64,000 bases of DNA from an uncultured Gammaproteobacteria bacterium (GTDB taxonomy: Bacteria; Pseudomonadota; Gammaproteobacteria; UBA9214). The stretch is taken from the NCBI GenBank assembly GCA_963768415.1, contig CAVYHX010000006.1, forward strand, positions 41 through 64,040, in the 5' to 3' direction. The translations under genes and the position numbers were made by a program. The notes below the pieces were generated by a model. That model had not been told where the DNA came from, did not search any database, and was given only the letters and a program-made list of their open reading frames with translations. Positions 19,699 through 29,520 of the stretch are shown piece by piece; position 1 is the first letter of the stretch, and each line of letters opens with the position of its first letter.

Positions 19699-20564
19699 GT
19701 GTATTCGTCCACAGGCATTCGAAGGTCCTGATCCAGGGGTTCACCGGCCAGCATGCGACCTTTCATGCGGAGGAGTCGATGCAGAACGGCACCAACGTCG
19801 TGGGTGGCGTGACGCCCGGCAAGGGCGGCATGACGCATCTTGACCGGCCGGTCTTCGATACGGTCCACCAGGCCGTCGCAGAAACCGGTGCGGATGTCAG
19901 TGGTATCTTTGTGCCGCCGCCATTTGCAGCTGATGCCATTATGGAAGCGCTGGAAGCCGGTATCGGTGTCGTTGTCGTCATTGCGGATGGCATCCCGGTA
20001 CAGGACATGGTGCGCGTGAAGCGTTACGCCGCAGACAAGAATGCCATCATCATCGGGCCGAATACACCGGGAATAATCACACCGGGAGGCTGCAAGGTCG
20101 GCATCATGCCGTCCCATATCTACACACCGGGCCGTATCGGCGTGGTATCGCGTTCCGGGACGCTCAACTATGAAGCCGTCCAGCAAATGACGGCGCTCGG
20201 TATGGGGCAATCGACCTCGGTCGGGATCGGGGGCGATCCGGTGAACGGGACGGATTTTGTTACCGTGTTAAGCGCCTTCGAGGATGACCCGGAAACCGAT
20301 GCAGTGATCATGATCGGTGAGATCGGCGGGCCACAGGAAGTCGAAGCCGCAAAATGGGCCAAACAGCACATGAGCAAACCGGTAGTGGGTTTCGTGGCAG
20401 GCGTCTCCGCTCCACCCGGACGCCGCATGGGTCACGCGGGCGCCATCATCTCCGGTGCGGCGGATACTGCGAATGCCAAAATGGACCTGATGGAGGAATT
20501 CGGTGTCCACGTGGTACGCAATCCGGCCCTGATCGGTGCGACCGCACACCGGGTGTTCTCCTGA
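19695..20564 (+). CDS. mtkB: malate--CoA ligase alpha subunit; SucD paralogue
   Basis: 289 aa. [23 protein letters not shown] and a phosphohistidine loop (MGHAGAII) are present. The start overlaps the mtkA stop by 4 nt. Confidence 0.78.
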   Translation: MSVFVHRHSKVLIQGFTGQHATFHAEESMQNGTNVVGGVTPGKGGMTHLDRPVFDTVHQAVAETGADVSGIFVPPPFAADAIMEALEAGIGVVVVIADGIPVQDMVRVKRYAADKNAIIIGPNTPGIITPGGCKVGIMPSHIYTPGRIGVVSRSGTLNYEAVQQMTALGMGQSTSVGIGGDPVNGTDFVTVLSAFEDDPETDAVIMIGEIGGPQEVEAAKWAKQHMSKPVVGFVAGVSAPPGRRMGHAGAIISGAADTANAKMDLMEEFGVHVVRNPALIGATAHRVFS

Positions 20565-20722
20565 GCCGCCGCCCGCGGGCCGGTATCCATCCTGTAAATG
20601 TGGCGTGCAATGATAGACGCCCATCCGCAACGGCGTTAGACTACGCCTTTAGATATCTTACTAAGCTCGCGTTTTATAGCGGGTTTCTATTAATTCACGA
20701 GCGACAGAATACGGAGTATCGC

Positions 20723-21174
20723 ATGGCCATCGAACGGACCTTTTCAATCATCAAGCCCGATGCAGTCGCGAAAAATATCATTGGTGAAATCTACAGTCGA
20801 TTCGAAAAAGGCGGACTGCGCATCATCGCAGCAAAGATGCTGCACCTCACCCGGGAGCAGGCGCAGGGGTTTTATGCGGTGCACAAGGAACGTCCGTTTT
20901 ACAAGGATCTGGTCGAATTCATGACCTCGGGACCGGTGATGGTGCAGGTGCTGGAAGGTGAAAATGCGGTCTGAAGAAGACCGCGAGTTGATGGGTGCAA
21001 CCAATCCGCAGGAGGCCGCAGCCGGGGACTATCCGCGCCGATTTTGCCAGCACCGTTGACGAGAATGCCGTGCACGGTTCCGATGCCCCGGAGACGGCTG
21101 CGCAGGAAATCGAGTTCTTTTTCGGTGCCGACGGGACTTTGTCCCCGGACACGATGAGTCAGGAGATACCCTGA
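20723..21174 (+). pseudogene. ndk: nucleoside-diphosphate kinase with two frame breaks (~20970 and ~21024-21027)
   Basis: [15 protein letters not shown]...[13 protein letters not shown] hits a stop. [15 protein letters not shown] continues in the +1 frame, and [32 protein letters not shown] continues in the next +1 frame, ending at the TGA at 21172-21174. Confidence 0.88.
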
Positions 21175-21177
21175 ACT

Positions 21178-22289
21178 ATGGATATGGCGCTCCGAATCCC
21201 GTACCAACCTGATGGATCTGGACCGCGACGGTCTGGAGGAATTTTTCACTGCTCGCGGTGAAAAGGCTTTCGCGCAGGACAGGTAATGCAGTGGATCTAC
21301 GGCCAGGGTGTCACGGATTTTCGCGCCATGACCAATCTCGGCAAGGAGTTGCGCCATTGCATGAGTGCCGCGAACCGATTTGTCATTGCCTGAAGTTGCC
21401 GCAGACACCCTCTCGGATGATGGCTCCCGCAAGTGGCTGTTCCGCCTGCACGACGGCAATTGCGTGGAGACAGTCTTTATTCCGGAAGCCGGACGCGGCA
21501 CCCTGTGTGTATCATCCCAGGTCGGCTGTGTGCTGAATTGCAGTTTCTGCGCAACGGCACAGCAGGGCTTTAACCGCAATCTCGATACCGGCGAGATTAT
21601 CGCCCAGGTCTGGCTGGCCGCCAGGGCGCTGGGCCAGACTCCCGACAGACCCCGCCTGATTTCCAATGTCGTCATGATGGGGATGGGTGAGCCGCTGCTG
21701 AACTACGAGAACGTCGTGCAGGGCCATGCGCATCATGCTGGATGATTTCGGTTACGGCCTGTCCAGGCGCCGCATCACCCTCAGTACTGCCGGTGTCGTC
21801 CCGGGAATCCGGCGGTTACGTGAGGACTGTGACGTCAGCCTGGCAGTGTCACTGCATGCCCCGGATGATCTGCTGCGTAACGAGCTGGTCCCGCTTAACC
21901 GTAAATATCCGATCCGCGAACTGCTGGCTGCGTGCCGCGACTATGTCGGCGAAGGCCGGCGCCGGGTCACGTTCGAGTACGTCATGCTTGCCGGCGTTAA
22001 CGATTCAGATGCCCATGCCAGACGACTGGCGCGCTGTCTCGAGGGGGTGCCGGCCAAGGTCAACCTGATTCCGTTTAATCCGTTTCCGGCAACCCGCTAC
22101 CAGCGCAGTTCCGACGCACGCATCGACCGGTTTTTCGAGATACTGAATCGTGCCGGTGTCATGACCATAACCCGGCGTACGCGTGGTGATGATATTGATG
22201 CAGCCTGCGGACAACTGGCTGGCCGCTTTCGTGATCGCACCCGGCGCCGGGAACGCAACCTGACAGTCGCCCCGGTTGTCCGGTCATGA
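21178..22289 (+). pseudogene. rlmN: 23S rRNA/tRNA m2A methyltransferase RlmN (radical SAM) with 3-4 frame breaks
   Basis: The pieces are [21 protein letters not shown] / [21 protein letters not shown] / [21 protein letters not shown]...[26 protein letters not shown]...[15 protein letters not shown] / [24 protein letters not shown]...[13 protein letters not shown]. They lie in different frames. Confidence 0.88.
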
Positions 22290-23053
22290 AAACAATGTTA
22301 CGGGCCTGCCTGCTGCTCGTCGTAATGGCCCTGTCCGGAGGTTGTGCGACGACCGGCAAACAGGATCATGACAGACATCAGGCTGCCGAAATCAACACGC
22401 AACTGGGTATTCGGTATTTGCGTGATGGGAATCTCGATGTCGCACTGAGCAAGTTCAAGAAGGCGCTGGCCCAGAATCCGGACCTGCCGGGTGCGCATGA
22501 CGGTATTGCAGTTCTGTATTCACAAACCGGCGAAAACAAGCTTGCCGAGAAGCACTACAAGACGTCTTTGCGCCTGGACGCAAAGAATTCCCGGGCGCAC
22601 AACAACTATGGCCAGTTTTTGTGTGCGCAGGAACGCTATGATGAAGCGGAAAAGGAATTCCTCATAGCCGCCAATAACCCGTATTACACGGCCCCGGCGC
22701 TGCCCCTGACCAATGCCGGTACCTGTGCGCTGCGCATTCCGGATAATGCCAGGGCTGAAAGCTATTTTCGCCAGGCACTCGAGCATGATGCAAAATTTCC
22801 GCCGGCGCTGCTGCAAATGGCACTGGTCAGTTATTCAGCAAACAATTTCCTTAGTGCCCGTGCATACCTGCAACGTTTCCAGGCGGTCACGCAGCATAAT
22901 CCTGAAAGTCTCTGGCTGGCAGTCCGCACGGAGTATGCCCTGGGCGATAATCAGGCATGGGGCAACTACTCCATGATGCTGAAAAATAATTTCCCGAACG
23001 CGAGGCAGACCAAGCGCCTGCAGGAGTGGGAAAATGCACGCCAGCGAAGATAA
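22286..23053 (+). CDS. pilW: type IV pilus biogenesis/stability TPR lipoprotein PilW (PilF)
   Basis: 255 aa with the lipobox LSGGC and TPR repeats. It sits in the conserved position after rlmN. Confidence 0.75.
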   Translation: MKTMLRACLLLVVMALSGGCATTGKQDHDRHQAAEINTQLGIRYLRDGNLDVALSKFKKALAQNPDLPGAHDGIAVLYSQTGENKLAEKHYKTSLRLDAKNSRAHNNYGQFLCAQERYDEAEKEFLIAANNPYYTAPALPLTNAGTCALRIPDNARAESYFRQALEHDAKFPPALLQMALVSYSANNFLSARAYLQRFQAVTQHNPESLWLAVRTEYALGDNQAWGNYSMMLKNNFPNARQTKRLQEWENARQRR

Positions 23054-23546
23054 TGAAGTCAAAGATCCCGATGCTGATGGAAATCGGATATCGATAGGTA
23101 AGCAGCTGTCTGCTGCCAGGACAAAACAGCAACTGACATCCGAGAAAGTAGCCAGGGAGCTGAATCTGAGCGAGGCGGTCATCAAATCCATAGAAGCAGA
23201 TGATGCCGCTTCCCTGCCGGCGCCCATATACGTTCAGGGTTATGTGCGCAGTTATGCACGGCTGCTGGGCCTGCCCGAGGAAGAGCTCGTGCGCAATTAC
23301 TCCAACCAGTATTGCAAGCCGCCGCCATTGACAGTCTCCGGTCGCACGCGTCGCTTGCCATTAGTGCGCTTGCCACCGGCCAGGCTGATTCGAAATATCA
23401 TCCTGGTGCTGCTCGCGGTTATACTGCTCTGGCTGGCATACCCGTTTGTCGCAAATCTCATCGAGCTGCGTGATACATCGGCAGAACAACAGGTTCCGGG
23501 GCGACTCGAACTGCCCCCGGCCGAACAATCAGTAAATCCTGACTGA
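23034..23546 (+). CDS. rodZ: RodZ-like HTH/transmembrane protein, short form lacking the usual C-terminal domain
   Basis: 170 aa. It has an N-terminal Xre-type HTH (IGKQLSAARTKQQLTSEKVARELNLSEAVIKSIE, YVQGYVRSYARLLGL) and one TM segment (IILVLLAVILLWLAY), then stops about 40 residues later. Confidence 0.65.
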   Translation: MHASEDNEVKDPDADGNRISIGKQLSAARTKQQLTSEKVARELNLSEAVIKSIEADDAASLPAPIYVQGYVRSYARLLGLPEEELVRNYSNQYCKPPPLTVSGRTRRLPLVRLPPARLIRNIILVLLAVILLWLAYPFVANLIELRDTSAEQQVPGRLELPPAEQSVNPD

Positions 23547-23659
23547 CGCGGGAGCGCAACGAAACCGGCTGAACGGGTGCGGCGGGACGCGCAGAAGGCA
23601 TGTTCCGATACATTGCTATCAGCCATTCCAGTAATCGAATAAACAATCACGTATCTAAC

Positions 23660-24943
23660 ATGGTCAATACCATACAGGCCGTTCGTGGCATGAATGACAT
23701 CCTGCCGGATCAGGCATCCGGCTGGCAGTATCTCGAGAGCAGGTTGCGCGAGGTGGTGCATGCCTACGGCTATAACGAGATCCGCCTCCCGATCCTGGAA
23801 AAGACCGAACTTTTCAAGCGCTCCATCGGCGCAGTGACCGACATCGTCGAAAAGGAGATGTATACGTTCGATGACCGCAATGGTGACAGCCTGACCCTGC
23901 GGCCGGAGGGTACTGCCGGTTGCGTGCGCGCCTGCATGGAGCACGGTTTGCTGCACAATCAGATGCAGCGGCTTTGGTATATCGGTCCCATGTTCCGGCA
24001 CGAGCGTCCGCAAAAAGGGCGTTACCGCCAGTTTCACCAGATCGGTGTCGAGGCATTTGGCATGGAGGGGCCGGACATCGATGCCGAAATGATTTTCATG
24101 ACCGCGCGCATGTGGGATCATCTGGGTTTGCGCGGTGCGGCACTGCAGCTGAATTCGCTGGGCACCCCGGAATCGCGGGCCATATACCGGCAGGCGCTGG
24201 TTGATTACCTGCTGGCCAACAAGTCAGACCTGGATGAGGACAGCCTGCGCCGCCTGGAGGGCAACCCGCTGCGCATACTCGACAGCAAGAACCCGGACAT
24301 GCAGGCGCTGATCGGAGCCGCGCCGAGCCTGACCGAGCATCTGGACGCGAAATCACGGCAGCATTTCGATACGCTCTGCGCGATACTGGACGACGGCGGT
24401 ATCGCCTATGAGCTGAATCCGCGGCTGGTGCGCGGACTTGACTACTATTCCAGGACTGTATTTGAATGGGTCACCGACAAGCTCGGCGCACAGGGTACAA
24501 TCTGTGCCGGTGGCCGCTTTGACGGTCTGGTGGAATACCTCGGTGGCAGGGCAACACCGGCCGTCGGTTTCGCGCTTGGACTGGAACGCCTGCTTGCCTT
24601 GCTGGTAGCGAATGGTGTGGCATTACCGGAAAGTCATCCGCATGTATACCTGATACTGAGTGGTGAGCGTGCGGTACGCCGCGGCATGGTGTTTGCCGAT
24701 GAGTTACGTGCCGCAATCGACGGCCTGCGGGTGCTGGTCAACAGCGGCGGCGGCAGTTTCAAAAGTCAGTTCAAACGTGCTGACAGGAGTGGCGCCAGCT
24801 ATGCAATGGTGCTCGGTGAAGACGAGGTTGAGCAGCAACGTGTCACACTCAAGCCACTACGCAGTGATGCCGGGCAGGAAACGCTTGCACAACGGGCGGC
24901 GGTGACACGGCTGGGTGAAATCCTCGCGGATGAGCTGGTCTGA
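23660..24943 (+). CDS. hisS: histidine--tRNA ligase
   Basis: [16 protein letters not shown]..., the class II motifs ([16 protein letters not shown]; GGRFDGL) and an anticodon-binding C-terminus are present. The ATG at 23660 lies inside ORF 23600..24943. Confidence 0.95.
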   Translation: MVNTIQAVRGMNDILPDQASGWQYLESRLREVVHAYGYNEIRLPILEKTELFKRSIGAVTDIVEKEMYTFDDRNGDSLTLRPEGTAGCVRACMEHGLLHNQMQRLWYIGPMFRHERPQKGRYRQFHQIGVEAFGMEGPDIDAEMIFMTARMWDHLGLRGAALQLNSLGTPESRAIYRQALVDYLLANKSDLDEDSLRRLEGNPLRILDSKNPDMQALIGAAPSLTEHLDAKSRQHFDTLCAILDDGGIAYELNPRLVRGLDYYSRTVFEWVTDKLGAQGTICAGGRFDGLVEYLGGRATPAVGFALGLERLLALLVANGVALPESHPHVYLILSGERAVRRGMVFADELRAAIDGLRVLVNSGGGSFKSQFKRADRSGASYAMVLGEDEVEQQRVTLKPLRSDAGQETLAQRAAVTRLGEILADELV

Positions 24944-24992
24944 ACCGCAATTGCGGTCTGCGGATATTTGATTTTGTAACGGGAGTTTTTTA

Positions 24993-25652
24993 ATGGATAC
25001 CCTGACAACTGAAGAGCAACAGATAGCGGCACTCAAGACATGGTGGAAAGAGAACGGCACCTCGATTGTTACCGGTGTCATTCTGGGTCTGGCCGTGCTG
25101 TTCGGGGCCAAGGCCTGGTTTGCTTACCAGGATCGCATGGCCGAGACTGCTTCGCTTGTATATTCCGGCATGATGGCCGGGCTGGAACGTGGCGATGCGG
25201 AGATTGTCGATGAAAAAGCCGCGCTGTTGATTGCGGATTACGGCTCCACGCCCTATGCCGCGATGGCTGCACTTGCACTCGCCAAGACCCGGCTGGAGGA
25301 AGGTGCGCTGGAGGCTGCGCGGGCTCACCTGCAGTGGGTGCTGGATAATACCGACATCGATTTTGTCCGGGATACCGCACGTCTGCGGCTGGCGCGCGTA
25401 CTCGTGGAAGAGCATGACCTTGATGGAGCCGAGGCCCTGCTCGCGCAGGTGCCGGCTGAGGGCGGGTTCGATGCGCTGTACAGTGAGGTCAGGGGTGATA
25501 TCTTTCTGGCCCGTGGCGACACGGGAAAGGCATATGCAGCGTATGAACATGCCTTGACTGTTTTGCCGCAGGAATCACCCGCACGGAATTTGCTGCAGTT
25601 GAAGTTCGACAATATCCAGCCATCAGCCGGTACGGAAGAGGGCGCACAGTGA
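24993..25652 (+). CDS. YfgM-like membrane-anchored TPR protein
   Basis: 219 aa. It has an N-terminal TM anchor after LKTWWKENG and a TPR-like helical remainder. It sits in the conserved slot between hisS and bamB. Confidence 0.7.
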   Translation: MDTLTTEEQQIAALKTWWKENGTSIVTGVILGLAVLFGAKAWFAYQDRMAETASLVYSGMMAGLERGDAEIVDEKAALLIADYGSTPYAAMAALALAKTRLEEGALEAARAHLQWVLDNTDIDFVRDTARLRLARVLVEEHDLDGAEALLAQVPAEGGFDALYSEVRGDIFLARGDTGKAYAAYEHALTVLPQESPARNLLQLKFDNIQPSAGTEEGAQ

Positions 25653-26809
25653 CAAGGATTCTGCCTGTACTGTTTATGCTTGGCCTGTTATCAGGATGCT
25701 CGTCCCTGGGCTCGCTGGTCTCGGGTGAGGATAATTCAGAACCACCTGCGCCACTGGAAGATCTGGTGGACGCGCTGCCGCTGAAGAGAATCTGGAGTGC
25801 CGATGTCGGTGTTGGCTATAACGAGCAGTTCGTCAGGCTGGTGCCGGCGGCACAAGGTGAGCAACTGTTTGTCGCGGATCGCAAGGGCCGGGTGATTGCC
25901 CTGAATATCAGCAATGGCAAGCGCAACTGGGAGGCGCGAACAAAAACCGCTATCTCTGCCGGTCCGGGCACTGGCGAAGGCCTGGTCCTGGTCGGAACCA
26001 GCGATGCCGAGGTGCTGGCCCTCGATGCCGAAGATGGCAGCCTGCTCTGGACGGCATTCGTCAGCAGCGAAGTCCTGGCCGTTCCACGCGTTGACTCCGG
26101 AGTGGTGGTCGTGCAAACCAGCGATGGCAAGGTTGCCGGCCTGAGTGTCACCGACGGCCAGCGGTTATGGATTTACGACCGTAGTGTGCCGGTACTGACC
26201 TTGCGCGGCACCAGCACCCCGGCTGTCGAGCGTGGTCTGGTGGTTGCAGGGTTTGCGAACGGCAAACTCGCGGCGCTCAGTTCGAAAAACGGCATGGTGG
26301 CGTGGGAGTCCAGTATAGCCATACCCCGCGGGCGCTCGGAGCTTGAACGTATGGTCGATATCGATGCCGACCCCGTGATTTCCGGCAGAACTGTTTATGC
26401 TGCCACATTTCAGGGGCGGGTTGTTGCGCTCGATATCGCGTCCGGCGATATCATATGGCAAAAGGACATGTCATCGTATGCCGGCATCGGTGTCGATTTT
26501 GCGCAACTGTATGTGACTGACGAGGGCAGTAACATCTGGGCGCTGTCACGCGAGCTGGGCGCATCGGTATGGAAACAGGATAAACTGGCAAACCGCATGG
26601 TGACCGGGCCGGAACCGGTCGGGGGTTATATTGCAGTCGGTGATTTCGAAGGTTACGTGCATTTACTGTCGCGTTACGACGGCCATATAGTCGCGCGTGG
26701 ACTGGTGGATAAAAAGGGTGTCAAGGCCGTGCCGCTCGCGCTGAATGACCGTCTCTTTGTCTACGGCAGTGGCGGTGTCCTGGCGGCCTTTGCACTGCCG
26801 CAAGAATAG
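25649..26809 (+). CDS. bamB: outer membrane protein assembly factor BamB
   Basis: 386 aa with the lipobox LLSGC and repeated PQQ-like beta-propeller motifs. The GTG start overlaps the upstream stop. Confidence 0.88.
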   Translation: MTRILPVLFMLGLLSGCSSLGSLVSGEDNSEPPAPLEDLVDALPLKRIWSADVGVGYNEQFVRLVPAAQGEQLFVADRKGRVIALNISNGKRNWEARTKTAISAGPGTGEGLVLVGTSDAEVLALDAEDGSLLWTAFVSSEVLAVPRVDSGVVVVQTSDGKVAGLSVTDGQRLWIYDRSVPVLTLRGTSTPAVERGLVVAGFANGKLAALSSKNGMVAWESSIAIPRGRSELERMVDIDADPVISGRTVYAATFQGRVVALDIASGDIIWQKDMSSYAGIGVDFAQLYVTDEGSNIWALSRELGASVWKQDKLANRMVTGPEPVGGYIAVGDFEGYVHLLSRYDGHIVARGLVDKKGVKAVPLALNDRLFVYGSGGVLAAFALPQE

Positions 26810-26887
26810 CCGGCAGCATACCGGCAGACGGACAAGCCGCCGCGCCGGCGTCCTGGCATTTAATTAAGCTAACCACTTGCGACAACA

Positions 26888-28339
26888 ATGTTACCTGTCA
26901 TCACGCTCGCCGGTCGTCCCAATGTCGGCAAATCGACCCTGTTTAACCGGCTGACGCGCACCCGCGATGCACTGGTGGCCGATGTTCCCGGGTTGACGCG
27001 TGATCGAAAATACGGAACCGGCCAGGTCGGCAAGCAACCGTTTATCGTTGTTGATACCGGTGGACTGGCGGATGACGCTGACGCTCTCGATGGATTGATG
27101 GCACAGCAGGCCTGGCAGGCGATTGAAGAGGCCGACCTGGTGCTCTATATGGTCGATGGACGCGCAGGACTGACGGCCGCTGACGAGGCGCTCGCGAGCG
27201 CATTGCGCCGCGCCAACAAATCGCTGCTGCTGGTGGTCAACAAGACTGACGGCGTCGACACGGATGTCGTTGTGGCCGAATTTCATGCCCTGGGCCTTGG
27301 GGTGCCCCACCCGATAGCAGCAGTGAATGGCCGCGGCGTGGAGCAGTTGGTGGCGACGGCAATGGCGCAACTGCCGTCACAGCCCGCGCTCGCCGTGCAG
27401 GGAGCAGCGGATGACGATATACGCGTTGCCATCGTCGGGCGGCCGAATGTCGGCAAGTCCACACTGGTAAACCGTATCCTGGGGGAAGACCGGGTACTTG
27501 CCTTTGACCAGCCAGGCACCACACGTGACAGCATTTTCATACCCTTCGAGCGAGATGGCATCCACTACACACTGATCGATACGGCCGGTGTGCGCCGCAA
27601 GGCGCGGGTCAACGAGGCCATCGAGAAATTCAGCGTGATCAAAACCCTGCAGGCCATCGATGCTGCACATGTTGTCGTGCTGGTGCTGGACGCCCGTACC
27701 GAAGTCAGTGAGCAGGACGCCACGCTTGCCGGCTTTATTGCCGAGAAGGGCAGGGCGCTCATCGTGGCAGTGAATAAATGGGACGGATTGACCGCGCATG
27801 AACGCAACCGGATCAGGCAGCAACTGGAGCGCAGACTGCCGTTTCTGGGGTTTGCGACGACCTGCTTCATCTCCGCACTGCACGGAACCGGTGTGGGTGA
27901 CCTGTTCCCGCAGATAAGAAAGGCCTATACCTCTGCGACCCGGGAATTATCGACCCCGGAACTGACCGGAATACTGGAGCAGGCAGTGGAGGCGCACCAG
28001 CCGCCACTGGTGCGCGGCCGCCGGATCAAGCTGCGCTACGCGCACCAGGGAGGACGCAATCCCCCCGTCATCGTCATCCATGGCAACCAGACCGAGCGGG
28101 TGCCGGAATCCTACCGGCGTTATCTTGCGGGCGCATTTCGCGCCGCGCTCAGGTTGACGGGCACACCCATCCGTATCGAGTTTCGTACCGGCACCAATCC
28201 CTACCAGGGGCGGCGCAACAAACTGACGCCCCGCCAGACACGGAGCAAGAAGCCGCCTGCTGCGCCATGTAAAGGGCAGGCGTTGATGCCAGCCGGCTCA
28301 CTGCTGCTTCCCGGTCAGGCACAATCAGTCAACAGTTGA
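26888..28339 (+). CDS. der: ribosome biogenesis GTPase Der (EngA); extreme C-terminus probably frameshifted
   Basis: It has two GTPase domains ([14 protein letters not shown] and [15 protein letters not shown]) plus a KH-like domain. After ...[10 protein letters not shown] the +1 frame gives [10 protein letters not shown]-stop (ending at 28286). That is the usual basic Der tail, whereas the listed frame runs on to 28339. Confidence 0.9.
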   Translation: MLPVITLAGRPNVGKSTLFNRLTRTRDALVADVPGLTRDRKYGTGQVGKQPFIVVDTGGLADDADALDGLMAQQAWQAIEEADLVLYMVDGRAGLTAADEALASALRRANKSLLLVVNKTDGVDTDVVVAEFHALGLGVPHPIAAVNGRGVEQLVATAMAQLPSQPALAVQGAADDDIRVAIVGRPNVGKSTLVNRILGEDRVLAFDQPGTTRDSIFIPFERDGIHYTLIDTAGVRRKARVNEAIEKFSVIKTLQAIDAAHVVVLVLDARTEVSEQDATLAGFIAEKGRALIVAVNKWDGLTAHERNRIRQQLERRLPFLGFATTCFISALHGTGVGDLFPQIRKAYTSATRELSTPELTGILEQAVEAHQPPLVRGRRIKLRYAHQGGRNPPVIVIHGNQTERVPESYRRYLAGAFRAALRLTGTPIRIEFRTGTNPYQGRRNKLTPRQTRSKKPPAAPCKGQALMPAGSLLLPGQAQSVNS

Positions 28340-28421
28340 CCCAGGTCAGGGACAAAAAGCAGCGAAATAGGGATAATTAACCAGATATATAGATCACTAT
28401 CGTTCTTGCTCGAGGTCATTA

Positions 28422-29513
28422 TTGTGGATAAATCCAGTAGCGCCGGTCAGCCGGCTGAGAATACAGTCGTCTCCGGATAGCCGGCCGGAGACTAATGTTT
28501 CCGATACCAAAGCCGCTATCGTTAAACCGGGCGGTGAGAATAGTAAAGTGGGAAAAAAACGCGTATCGAAAATAGCAGACCAGAGCGGCGTGCCGACAGG
28601 TGCCGGTCAGGATGCCGGTGAATCATTGCCGGTATCCACCCGCAAGCAACCTGACCATGATGCAATCCGGCGTGCCTTCGAGACCGGTGAATATCCGTAC
28701 CACACCAAGATGCGCGCCAAGGTTTATGAGAAACAGAAGGCCGCATTGCAGGTAGAATTGCTCAAGGTGCAGAAGTGGGTAAAGGAAACCGGCCAGAAAA
28801 TCATCATCCTGTGCGAGGGCCGCGATGCGGCCGGCAAGGGTGGTACCATCAAGCGCTTCATGGAGCATCTGAACCCGCGCAGTGCGCGCGTGGTTGCACT
28901 GGAGAAGCCGACGGAGATCGAAAGCACCCAGTGGTTTTTCCAACGCTACATTCAGCATCTCCCTGCAGCGGGTGAAATCGTGTTTTTCGACCGCTCCTGG
29001 TACAACCGGGCGGGCGTCGAACGCGTGATGGGTTTTTGTTCGCCGAGCGATTATCTGGAATTCATGCGGCAGTGCCCGGATCTGGAGCGGATGCTCGTGC
29101 GCTCCGGTATACGGTTATATAAATACTGGTTTTCAGTAACCCGCGAGGAACAGGCGCGCCGCTTCAAGTCGCGCAGCAAGGATCCGCTGAAACAGTGGAA
29201 ACTCTCGCCGGTAGATCAGGCATCCATTGACAAATGGGATGACTATACCGAGGCAAAAGAAGCCATGTTTTTCAATACCGATACCGCCGATGCGCCCTGG
29301 ACTGTCATCAAGTCGGATGATAAGAAACGTGCGCGTCTGAACACCATGCAGCATTTTCTCAGCAGCCTGCCGTACCCGGGAAAGGACCTGCGGATAGTGC
29401 ACGGTCCCGATCCGCTCATTGTCGGGTCCAGTTCCCACGTGATCGGGAACAGCGCGCATATCATCGGTAAAAGCCTGCATCCCGAACACCGGAAAAAATC
29501 CGGGACGAAATAA
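28422..29513 (+). CDS. ppk2: polyphosphate kinase 2 (PPK2); start uncertain
   Basis: The PPK2 core is YEKQKAALQVELLKVQKWVKETGQKIIILCEGRDAAGKGGTIKRFMEHLNPR...FDRSWYNRAGVERVMGF. The listed ORF begins at a TTG and carries ~90 non-conserved N-terminal residues. Confidence 0.82.
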   Translation: MWINPVAPVSRLRIQSSPDSRPETNVSDTKAAIVKPGGENSKVGKKRVSKIADQSGVPTGAGQDAGESLPVSTRKQPDHDAIRRAFETGEYPYHTKMRAKVYEKQKAALQVELLKVQKWVKETGQKIIILCEGRDAAGKGGTIKRFMEHLNPRSARVVALEKPTEIESTQWFFQRYIQHLPAAGEIVFFDRSWYNRAGVERVMGFCSPSDYLEFMRQCPDLERMLVRSGIRLYKYWFSVTREEQARRFKSRSKDPLKQWKLSPVDQASIDKWDDYTEAKEAMFFNTDTADAPWTVIKSDDKKRARLNTMQHFLSSLPYPGKDLRIVHGPDPLIVGSSSHVIGNSAHIIGKSLHPEHRKKSGTK

Positions 29514-29520
29514 ACGCCGG

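Noticed and set aside
18526-20564. Annotating the two ligase genes as succinyl-CoA synthetase sucC/sucD.
   Set aside because: The beta subunit has the MtkA-type NIFAGINRCDW motif rather than the SucC-type NIFGGIVRCD. The genes are coupled to a malyl-CoA lyase instead of sucAB/lpd. The call remains provisional without a phylogeny.
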